Positions 28,375 to 36,289 are shown, numbered from the stretch's first letter. The stretch: DNA of 64,000 bases from a virus (IMGVR_UViG_3300046318_000318); one strand, 5' to 3'. Notes: a model not told the origin generated them from the sequence alone. A program made the numbers and translations.

Positions 28375-29204
28375 ACTACTTTCATGACACGTTGAAAAAT
28401 GTAAAACTTTCTATCTGGAAACTTAATGCCCAAACGTTGAGCCTCAGTAAAAGCTTTCTTATATGTCAGATGAGTTGAGGGTTTTTCAGAAAATTGATAA
28501 CCGTTAAAATCTTCTGTTTTTTCTTTCAGCTTACTGGATATGACAAATATTCGTTTTCTTTTAAGACTGTTGGTATGGTCAAGAACCATATCTACTGTTT
28601 TACAGAAATTTAAATAGTGCTCATTAAGCTTGGTATTTTTGTAGTGTGTTCCAGTTTCGTTAAGCTGGATACCGTTTTCATCTAATAGATGCTGAAGGTT
28701 ATTTTCAGCGTAGATGCTAAACATCTGTTGTTTAGTACCGGGCATGATACTTTCCTTTTTTGACGAAGTTTGATTTTTACATTCTTTTTCTGGCAGATGT
28801 ACACCATTTATGTACCAGTATTTTTCACCGCTGCGATTTTCGATAGCAGGTCCATCAATACGGTGAAGCATGCCGTGTCGATACCATAATTTATTACCAT
28901 CTATGCGCTCAACAGCTGATCCGTCTTCCCGATGACGCTCACCGTTCAGCCACCATTCACTATGACCATTCCGGCGATCGATAGCAGGACCATCTATTCG
29001 ATGACGCTTCCCGTTCAGCCACCATTCTCTATCGCCGTTAGCGTACTCAACAGCAGGATCATCTAGACGATGTAGTATGTTGTCCAGATACCAAGCTTTA
29101 TACCCATCCAAACGCTCAACGGTTGGACCATCTTCACGATGAAGCTTATCGTCTTTATACCAAACTACACTTCCATTTTCTTTTATGACTTTTCCATTTA
29201 ACAT
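28371..29204 (-). CDS. protein with N-terminal HRxDGPA repeats fused to an unrelated C-terminus
   Basis: Tandem ~23-aa WY...LHRxDGPAVE repeats. Confidence 0.8.
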   Translation of the reverse strand: MLNGKVIKENGSVVWYKDDKLHREDGPTVERLDGYKAWYLDNILHRLDDPAVEYANGDREWWLNGKRHRIDGPAIDRRNGHSEWWLNGERHREDGSAVERIDGNKLWYRHGMLHRIDGPAIENRSGEKYWYINGVHLPEKECKNQTSSKKESIMPGTKQQMFSIYAENNLQHLLDENGIQLNETGTHYKNTKLNEHYLNFCKTVDMVLDHTNSLKRKRIFVISSKLKEKTEDFNGYQFSEKPSTHLTYKKAFTEAQRLGIKFPDRKFYIFQRVMKVV

Positions 29205-29250
29205 GATACATTCTTTCTTTAATGGGACAGAATTGTCAGATAAAGTTTAA
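29202..29250 (-). promoter_or_regulatory. conserved promoter-leader element
   Basis: TTTAAACTTTATCTGACAATTCTGTCCCATTAAAGAAAGAATGTATC-ATG. Confidence 0.65.
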
Positions 29251-29323
29251 ATGATTATAAATAACTAGGCAGCCTATTTGCTCTGTTCATAAAAAAAACA
29301 GGACCCGAAGATCCTGTTTTATA

Positions 29324-30313
29324 TTAAGGTAAGAAATCACACTTCATCAACCTCAGAAACTTTTCAGTATCTGAGATAGGAAATGAGAACCCTGAAGCAT
29401 TTTTATGCCCACCGCCGCCGTTGTGTTTAGCTATAGCTGATACATCCACATCTCCAGCAGCGTTACTACGAAGAGAAACTATCACCAGATCTCTACCAGG
29501 GCTGACGATGAAGAAAGCACAAAACGCATACTCATCTTTAACAAGATCAGCCACGTTTGATACATACTTCATATCACAGTTCATAAGGGCTGCTTTACCC
29601 AACTTGGTTTCCACAGGAGTAATAAGTCCTTTCAGACGCTCACATTCTGCTTCGTAGAAGTCAAGCTCCAATGCTGCTTTGGTCCAGACGGCTTTAAATT
29701 CACTATCTGACATTTCAAAGATCTTGTCCCAAGCTTCAAATGTCATCTCAGCATTCAAAACTTTGTTCCAGATCTTTGTACCGTCCAATTTGAAAAGCCA
29801 CAGATCACGATCTTCTACAGCCAACGCAGCATGGCGCAGTCTAGCAGGAACATCGATATCTTCAGAATCAATAGTTTCCAAAGCCAGACCAGCGCCTGAA
29901 CGATTCTGGATAAGTTTAGTGAAGAACTTAACATCCTTCTCACAACAAATCAGGTCAGGTCTCTGCTCAAGACAAAGATGATTGACTGTCTTTAGTTTCT
30001 CTACGTCAGAAGCACCGTAGATATCAATCGCTGTCTTGTGGTGATCAAGAAACGCCAAACACTTGAGGTTTGGGGATTCGTTGACAATCTTAGCCAGATC
30101 ATCTTTGCTGTAAGAATAGTCGATAATCCAGAACTCTTCTGCGTCTGTAGACAAAGCCTCGTCACCATACTGCACTGGTGTGTACAGTACATCTAGACCA
30201 TCCAACTCAGCTTCCTGGCTTTTAAACCAATGTCTGAGTAGATAAGCAGACATAAAACCATCGGTACAGTTCTTGTGGTACCGAACTTCAACTTTCATTT
30301 TTTCAGACATCAT
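29324..30313 (-). CDS. DHH/DHHA1-family phosphoesterase
   Basis: YHKNCTDG, IIDYS, FLDHH, EDRDLW, SLRS, GGGGHKNASG. Confidence 0.88.
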   Translation of the reverse strand: MMSEKMKVEVRYHKNCTDGFMSAYLLRHWFKSQEAELDGLDVLYTPVQYGDEALSTDAEEFWIIDYSYSKDDLAKIVNESPNLKCLAFLDHHKTAIDIYGASDVEKLKTVNHLCLEQRPDLICCEKDVKFFTKLIQNRSGAGLALETIDSEDIDVPARLRHAALAVEDRDLWLFKLDGTKIWNKVLNAEMTFEAWDKIFEMSDSEFKAVWTKAALELDFYEAECERLKGLITPVETKLGKAALMNCDMKYVSNVADLVKDEYAFCAFFIVSPGRDLVIVSLRSNAAGDVDVSAIAKHNGGGGHKNASGFSFPISDTEKFLRLMKCDFLP

Positions 30314-30462
30314 GATACTTTCTTAAGTAAAACAAAAACAATTGAAATGACACAACATGCGCAAAAGAACCCGAGACTCAGGTATTGCATAATGGAGAGT
30401 TCCCTACTCCACTTATCCAAATCCTCTTGTTCTTTCTTTGAAAGATTGCGGTAATCGTTCAT
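30310..30462 (-). CDS. 50-aa single-TM protein (below the ORF-track cut-off)
   Basis: MNDYRNLSKKEQ...FFCACCVISIVFVLLKKVS*; ATGA overlaps at both ends. Confidence 0.65.
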   Translation of the reverse strand: MNDYRNLSKKEQEDLDKWSRELSIMQYLSLGFFCACCVISIVFVLLKKVS

Positions 30463-30872
30463 TGGCTGAAGTCCGTTCTTGATTTGATCATGTTCTTTGC
30501 TGTATCATCATCTGCATTATACAGACGGTCGCAAAAGCACTTATCTATTTCATTCACGACTTTTTCCAATTTCACCCACTGATAAAAAGCTTGACCGTAG
30601 CGCAAAGTTTTACTATCGTGTCTGAAATCCTGAATGACAGAATTGCTAAACGTTAGGCGATCTGTATCACAAACAAAATCATCTTTGAGTTCAGAGAAAC
30701 GTTCGTGAGACAAACAGCGGAAATGTACATAGCGATTACCATTTCCGCTATCGTACCAAGCGGTAGTGCGAAGATGAATCAGATTTTCCACATCGTTACA
30801 AACAGGACACAACACTTCTTCATTCACAGTCGCCATTTGACCTGTGAAAATTTCTCTTACAAATTCTTTCAT
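30459..30872 (-). CDS. Zn-ribbon-containing hypothetical protein
   Basis: CPVC; leader AAGGAAGTATC-ATG. Confidence 0.7.
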   Translation of the reverse strand: MKEFVREIFTGQMATVNEEVLCPVCNDVENLIHLRTTAWYDSGNGNRYVHFRCLSHERFSELKDDFVCDTDRLTFSNSVIQDFRHDSKTLRYGQAFYQWVKLEKVVNEIDKCFCDRLYNADDDTAKNMIKSRTDFSQ

Positions 30873-30887
30873 GATACTTCCTTTTGC

Positions 30888-31241
30888 TTAAACAGATTTA
30901 TAACGAAGCAGATCCCAAATCTCTTCATCGGTGAGTATCTCATACTCTACCGGTGTGTTGATCTGAGCTTTGATCTTAGCATTTGATGTCCAGCAATTCT
31001 CTCGCTTGTGTTCATGGACACCAGGTCGTTGAAACTCAACAGCTGATTTGAGTTTCTTTTCATCGTAAATGATGGCTATCACACAGGACTTGCCGTGCGA
31101 TATGTGTTTACCCGGACCTTTCTTCGACTTGCCAGAAATTCGATCAGCCCAACAAGCTGCCTCGTTGATATCCCTGGTTACAGTACCTGGCACAAAACCA
31201 GGTTTCAAGAAAGATCGCAAGGTACCTTTATAGAATACCAT
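30888..31241 (-). CDS. hypothetical protein (start uncertain)
   Basis: MVFYKGT...; longer start begins in a terminator hairpin. Confidence 0.55.
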   Translation of the reverse strand: MVFYKGTLRSFLKPGFVPGTVTRDINEAACWADRISGKSKKGPGKHISHGKSCVIAIIYDEKKLKSAVEFQRPGVHEHKRENCWTSNAKIKAQINTPVEYEILTDEEIWDLLRYKSV

Positions 31242-31382
31242 TTCATAATAACCCAATAAGTTATTGGCTTTTGGGTTTGGTTTACTTGATGAAATACCAA
31301 GTCTCAAATAAAGTAGATGTTGCCAAAAAAATTTACATAGCCTATACACCCGAGCCATATAGGCCGGGTGTATAGCTGTGTT

Positions 31383-31550
31383 TCATTTAACGTTTATATA
31401 GACCAATAGGAATAAAACCATGACTATTCCTACAGCCAGTACAAATGACTGACCATCAAGAACTATGTCTTTATATTGATCTTCTTCAGTTTCATAAGCA
31501 CTCAAGGTACTTATACCAGAAGCTTCATCTTTTTCATTGTTAAAAAACAT
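31383..31550 (-). CDS. 55-aa protein with C-terminal TM
   Basis: MFFNNEKDEASG...FVLAVGIVMVLFLLVYINVK*. Confidence 0.6.
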   Translation of the reverse strand: MFFNNEKDEASGISTLSAYETEEDQYKDIVLDGQSFVLAVGIVMVLFLLVYINVK

Positions 31551-31552
31551 GA

Positions 31553-31747
31553 TTATATTTCTGTTGATTTAACAATGATAGATAAGCCATCTGGATGATA
31601 GCTGGAAGTGCTCTTACAAGCCATGTTGATAGATTCTTCTATAGATTCAAACAGAGGATGATTCTGTCTAAATCTAAGCTGTACGTGTTTCTCTTTACCT
31701 TCGTCATTGACGATAGTTGTATTAAAGACTATTTCGTTACCGATCAT
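31553..31747 (-). CDS. hypothetical protein
   Basis: 64 aa, coupled. Confidence 0.6.
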   Translation of the reverse strand: MIGNEIVFNTTIVNDEGKEKHVQLRFRQNHPLFESIEESINMACKSTSSYHPDGLSIIVKSTEI

Positions 31748-31968
31748 GATTTATCAAACCTCTTTTTTATCTCTCTAAAAACTACCATCGATAACACCAG
31801 AGCTGAAAATATATTCAGTAAAGGAGCTAAAGACACCACTATCAAAATACCACCTGTGGTAGCACTGAAGTCTACACCTCTCTCATCATAAAAAAGATAA
31901 GCGCAGATAGCTGTTAGAACAAAACCAAAGATTACAAAAGTCAGATGTGTAGTTATAAGAAATTCCAT
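31744..31968 (-). CDS. small two-TM membrane protein
   Basis: Start moved to MEFLITT; two hydrophobic helices. Confidence 0.6.
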   Translation of the reverse strand: MEFLITTHLTFVIFGFVLTAICAYLFYDERGVDFSATTGGILIVVSLAPLLNIFSALVLSMVVFREIKKRFDKS

Positions 31969-32101
31969 TTTAATACCGTTGTTGTAGTTACAGTCAAATA
32001 ATTTCGGGTAAAAAAATAAGGGCGGGACAGTTTGTATCTGCTTGTGACAACCGAGTCTGGGTAGACTGATCACTTGCATCAACAAACTGTCCCTAATTAA
32101 G

Positions 32102-32201
32102 AACAAAGCCAACATGAATCGAACATGTTAAGTAAATATAACCTTCTACGCAGAATAGCACTGCTCCAGTTAATTTACTTGCCTCTACCAGACGGCTTTG
32201 T
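32102..32201 (-). ncRNA. tRNA-like element without a normal anticodon arm
   Basis: 9-bp AACAAAGCC/GGCTTTGTT stem, TGGTAGAG D-loop-like segment, T arm AACATG-TTCGATT-CATGTT, 12-bp anticodon-position stem with 26-nt loop, no CCA. Confidence 0.6.
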
Positions 32202-33366
32202 TTCTCTATTTATTACAAGATAGAGAAGGATGTGTCAGTCACCGCATCCAAGATATTTATAACACCGACTCGTGTTACCGGTTTGTCCAAACCTGGTGAA
32301 AGGATAAGCTACATCTGTTTAACTCAATCGCCACATACCCAGTAGTTCAGGTAAGGGTTAAGATGATTGTGCTATAATAAGCACAGAGCCTTAATACGAC
32401 AGTGTTTTAATTCATCAACATAACACTGAAGATACCCGAGTTCTCAATAGAGAATCTCGCTGTATTTTTGATGCCTAAGCACTCTAAAGCTATCTCTCCT
32501 AAAATAAGAGATAGCTTATAGGCTGCTCTCTGGGGTGATCAATCCCAAAGTTTACAACTTCCCAAAGATATCATTCATACAGTTCCCGACCAAGGGTAGT
32601 CTATATAAGAGATATCCATAGGGCGTACGATTTGGCGGTTGGTTAGACCACCTTCTACTCCTTAACAAAAAGTTAAAGGCAGGCTATTATCGTGAGCGCA
32701 CCTCTTTCTATTACACACTTGTGATGTGTTTCGTCCTTGTGTTTAAAGCCTTAGGACTCATCAGATAGATAAGGCTCAAATGAAGTTTATGTGGCCTCAT
32801 TCTTTTATAAAGGGGTTTTCCCATAGCAGACTAAATGACTTCTGTCTATCTAATCTGCTACAGGCAAACACCTGAGTGCTAACTTGTTATCATATCACAA
32901 AGGTAGATAACCACAACCTATTACAATAAAGACGTGTGAATCGCCTGCTTGCTTTGGCAAGAACAGCCCTCGAAGCTAGAGCCACATCAGGTCTGAACAA
33001 TCGTCAGAACACATGATCCCAGGGGATTTAAAAAGCATCAAACACAGTTCTGGGAAACTATGTGCTAGATCGACAGTTTATATTTTCCTTGTTTTATCAA
33101 CTAAGTGAAAATACCGATCACTTTATACTGCTCCATCGTGCGTGTATTTTGTTATCACGCTAACGTCCCGATAGTACGTTTACCTAAGTTACCAATGGTC
33201 AATACCTGCACCCTAGCCTTACGCCCGCAAGCGATCTATTAACTTAACTCCGTAATCCGCAATGATATACGCACATTAAGAAATGTTTACACACTAGATT
33301 TACTAAGCAGCGACTTGTTAGTTACCATTGATACGATCAAGTCTACTCCGGTTTACTTAGGTTAAA
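32202..33366 (-). ncRNA. long ORF-free structured region containing a hammerhead
   Basis: No ORF of 60 aa or more in ~1.15 kb; many hairpins. Confidence 0.55.
32707..32769 (-). ncRNA. type I hammerhead ribozyme, predicted cleavage after GUA (between 32712 and 32711)
   Basis: UCUAU-CUGAUGA-GUCC..GGAC-GAAA-CACA..UGUG-UA|AUAGA: all core nucleotides and three helices present. Confidence 0.88.
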
Positions 33367-33425
33367 TGGTACCAGGAACGGGACTCGAACCCGTAAGACC
33401 CTTGCGGAAGTATTAAGTTTTTAAA
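33367..33425 (-). pseudogene. 3' half of a broken tRNA-Leu
   Basis: TTTAAAA remnant loop, long variable arm with GCAA loop, ACGGG-TTCGAGT-CCCGT, TCCTGGT-A-CCA. Confidence 0.75.
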
Positions 33426-33434
33426 GTACATGGG

Positions 33435-33743
33435 TGGCCCGCTCCGGAATCGAACCGGAACGCCCCTTACGAAAGCGTCAGATTTTAAGTCTGATCTCTA
33501 CCACTGCAGTTTTCACTGCCACTTTAGTGTGTTTGTGGTCTGGACTATCCCTTCAACTACATCCTAAATGTTTAGCTGGGCGATTATAGTCTCTGCACGT
33601 CTTTCTATATTTCTATAGAAATTTCGCTCAGGATTGGCATCAGCAATTAACTGTTAAGCTTTCCCTGAATTTACGCCATTTTACTACATTATTTCTAATG
33701 TAGGACACATCAAATATATGTCTACCTATTTCATCAGCGGGCC
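33435..33743 (-). tRNA. tRNA-Leu(UAA) interrupted in the D arm at 25/26; exons 33718-33743 and 33435-33495; CCA not encoded
   Basis: GGCCCGC/GCGGGCC-A, GGTAGACAT|A, TCAGA-CTTAAAA-TCTGA, long variable arm, TCCGG-TTCGATT-CCGGA. Confidence 0.9.
33496..33717 (-). ncRNA. group I intron (IC3-like, 222 nt) in the tRNA-Leu D arm
   Basis: AAATTCAGGGAAA, AATCCTGAGC, GTGCAGAGACTA, GGATAGTCC; P1 GACAU/GUGUC, P10 AUCAGA/UUUGAU; ends in G. Confidence 0.92.
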
Positions 33744-33754
33744 ACCCATGTACT

Positions 33755-34255
33755 CTATTTCTTTTCTAATCTGTAGTATTCTTTCTTTATTTCAGTTCTT
33801 TCGATGATCACGCCGCCATTTTGAACTTTGGCGCCATAAGAACCTGAACATTTTTTACTACAAAAAGGACCTGCTCTATTAGAAACATAATTAGTTATCT
33901 GATTTTTACTAGGGGTAAATATTTCCTCACACCCAGCACACTTTACAGGATCCACCTTTACTCGTTTAGCGTCTTCACTTGCGTGAACAGGCAGTGTTTT
34001 AACAATAAGGTTATTTAGAGAATTATTGGTGAAATTTCTATCGTGATGGTCAACAGTCTCACCGTCTTTTAACTTTTGTTTTAATTCAATTTCTTTTAAA
34101 GCCTTGGGGTAAGAGATGGTTTTGGTCTTACCTTTAGTCCCCTTAGCAGCTTTTGAATTATTTAAAACAATATGCTGTCGACCATCACTTCTGTGATAAG
34201 GACCTAAGACGGATGTATATTCTGGATATAATCCAAGAAGTATTTGCTTATCCAT
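33755..34255 (-). CDS. free-standing HNH endonuclease with C-terminal Cys4 Zn finger
   Basis: ETVDHHDRNFTNNSLNNL; CAGC...FCSKKC. Confidence 0.85.
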   Translation of the reverse strand: MDKQILLGLYPEYTSVLGPYHRSDGRQHIVLNNSKAAKGTKGKTKTISYPKALKEIELKQKLKDGETVDHHDRNFTNNSLNNLIVKTLPVHASEDAKRVKVDPVKCAGCEEIFTPSKNQITNYVSNRAGPFCSKKCSGSYGAKVQNGGVIIERTEIKKEYYRLEKK

Positions 34256-34260
34256 GTTTT

Positions 34261-34286
34261 CCCTTTACCGATTTGGGCATCCTGGT
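34261..34286 (-). pseudogene. 5' half (positions 1-25) of the broken tRNA-Leu
   Basis: ACCAGGA-TG-CCC-AAATCGGTAAA-GGG; ACCAGGA pairs perfectly with TCCTGGT of the 3' half. Confidence 0.78.
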
Positions 34287-34350
34287 AATATCTATATCTC
34301 ACGTTGCAGTCAGTTAGAATATTTATCACTAAATGATTCTAGAAAAGGAT

Positions 34351-34425
34351 TGGTGCCGGATGTCTGATTTGAACAGACGACCTATCGCTTACAAGGCGAG
34401 TGCTCTACCCCTGAGCTAATCCGGC
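34351..34425 (-). tRNA. tRNA-Thr(UGU), no intron
   Basis: GCCGGAT/ATCCGGC-A-CCA, loop CT-TGT-AA, TTCAAAT T loop. Confidence 0.93.
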
Positions 34426-34487
34426 TTACTCTCCGCATTCTATTACAAACACGAATAAAAAAATACCCTGTTTGACCAGGGGTATTT

Positions 34488-35036
34488 TCAATTGATACTA
34501 TCGCCATTAAAGAAATTAGCTATGTGGTTATAGTGTTCTGTGATCTTGAGATTAAACACAGGTACATTATACAAACATGCCAAATCTATAGCGATCTTAG
34601 TACCGCCAGTTCTTGTACTCGTAGTCCCTCTACCTATATAACCATCTCTGGTATAACAGATAACGAACTTACTAGGATGACTCAAATCATTCCCTAATAT
34701 CTGAAGTACATTTCTACCATAGAGCTTAAGAAGAGCTGGGGACAATTTATCCATGTAAGGACAAACGTTCTCCAGGATTCTGTAAGCTTCGTTTGGTATG
34801 TGATATTGATAATCTAAATCGTTGAAGCCTTTCCAGGGTAGATAGATTTCACAATTCAGTTTATTTCTAACACCTTGGTAGAACGCTGAGTCTGCTCCTT
34901 CAGCACCACCTGAACGCAAGATGTATTGCTTCTGCTCTAGAAGAGCAGCTACTTTAGTCATAGCGTCCAGATAGAACTGAGGAGTATCTCTGTTACCTAT
35001 ACCTGTGTAGGTACGGTTACTGAGTAGATCAATCAT
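34488..35036 (-). CDS. SLOG/DprA-like Rossmann-fold protein
   Basis: YTGIGNR, LRSGGAEGAD, GGTKIAI. Confidence 0.7.
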   Translation of the reverse strand: MIDLLSNRTYTGIGNRDTPQFYLDAMTKVAALLEQKQYILRSGGAEGADSAFYQGVRNKLNCEIYLPWKGFNDLDYQYHIPNEAYRILENVCPYMDKLSPALLKLYGRNVLQILGNDLSHPSKFVICYTRDGYIGRGTTSTRTGGTKIAIDLACLYNVPVFNLKITEHYNHIANFFNGDSIN

Positions 35037-35688
35037 GACCTTCGATCTTCATCAGGATACTGGCTTGAACCATGTCGATAGAACCGTGACAATCTATCTT
35101 GATGATTTTACCATAGTAGTTATCTGGAAGTTCATTACACAGCTTAGTCACTTTAGACATGAGAGTGCTATTAGCTTCATGGACATCTTGCTTCTTGTCT
35201 GTGTAATCACGCTGACCTTTTTGAAGTACTCGTTCAGCAGCTACTTCTTCTGACAGAGTAAGTACAAAGGTGATGTCAGCTGGTCTGAGTGCTGAGTGCA
35301 CATACTCAGAATATTCAGTATACTTTTTCATGTATATAGCATCTTCAGGGTGCTCAGCCAAAGCTTGTTGATACAGAATGTTAGACAAGATGTACCTGTC
35401 TAATACCACGTAATCATTTTCTAACAGAGCCTGTTCGATTACTTTTTTGTGAGCTGCGCGATCAGCTGTGTAAAGATCGGAGATTTCTGTTCTGGACAGA
35501 TCTTTACCTTCTCCGTTAAGGTAAGCTGCGATGCACTTACCTGTATCAGATTGATATTGAGGGTAACCAGACAGAAAAACCTTCAAGCCAAGCTTAGACA
35601 TATTCTCAGCCAAAAGCTTAGCTTGAGTAGCTTTACCCACGCCATCGATACCTTCGATAGCGATCAACTTCCCGATCTTACTGCTCAT
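35029..35688 (-). CDS. tmk: thymidylate kinase
   Basis: IAIEGIDGVGKATQ P-loop, VLDRY, RPAD; start MSSKIG. Confidence 0.92.
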   Translation of the reverse strand: MSSKIGKLIAIEGIDGVGKATQAKLLAENMSKLGLKVFLSGYPQYQSDTGKCIAAYLNGEGKDLSRTEISDLYTADRAAHKKVIEQALLENDYVVLDRYILSNILYQQALAEHPEDAIYMKKYTEYSEYVHSALRPADITFVLTLSEEVAAERVLQKGQRDYTDKKQDVHEANSTLMSKVTKLCNELPDNYYGKIIKIDCHGSIDMVQASILMKIEGHD

Positions 35689-36289
35689 TGATTTGTCCTT
35701 TAACAAAGTTGCGTGCTATGAATTCATCTTCGTGTTCTGAAATAGCAGAGAGAAGAATATTCCTCAGAAGCATAGGGCTTTCTGCTGTATAGACCTTTTC
35801 AACCATATCAAAGAACCCACTTGTGGAAAGCTTATGATGTAACTGTTCAGAATTTGTAAACTCTGGATTTTCCCAGTTATTATCCACAACTTTCTTTTTG
35901 TACTCATTACAGACCAAGAAGTTATAACGTTGGTAAGGTGACAGGTCCATGATGGGGAGTATACCTGATTTGGTATGATTTTCCCATGAGTTCATGTTGA
36001 CCCACTTAGTGACTGAGAAAGTCACTTTGGTCTCACCAGTGATCCAGTCAAAGACATGATACAAAGGTGCGCCTTTGTGGTCTGTATGAACATGAGTCAC
36101 GAAACCAACTAAGGGATCTTCCCACGCATCAGACTGATGATACACAGGCATGTAAAGCATATCCATAGCCAGAGTAGCAGCTACAATATCCTTACGGGAC
36201 TGAGTCTCAGTTCGTTCATGCATGACCCCATATTGCTTCCAATCAGCAAGCAGACGATCGAACGATGATTTCAGCATTATTTTGATCAT
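35678..36289 (-). CDS. hypothetical protein
   Basis: 203 aa. Confidence 0.7.
   Translation of the reverse strand: MIKIMLKSSFDRLLADWKQYGVMHERTETQSRKDIVAATLAMDMLYMPVYHQSDAWEDPLVGFVTHVHTDHKGAPLYHVFDWITGETKVTFSVTKWVNMNSWENHTKSGILPIMDLSPYQRYNFLVCNEYKKKVVDNNWENPEFTNSEQLHHKLSTSGFFDMVEKVYTAESPMLLRNILLSAISEHEDEFIARNFVKGQINEQ

Larger units (their letters stand above)
33425..33754. repeat. 19-bp perfect inverted repeat (33425-33443 / 33736-33754) enclosing the intron-bearing tRNA-Leu
   Basis: AGTACATGGGTGGCCCGCT ... AGCGGGCCACCCATGTACT. Confidence 0.9.

Noticed and set aside
20250-34350. HDV-like (theta) ribozymes immediately 3' of the tRNAs
   Set aside because: I found no nested double-pseudoknot pattern after any tRNA 3' end by eye; a motif search is still needed.
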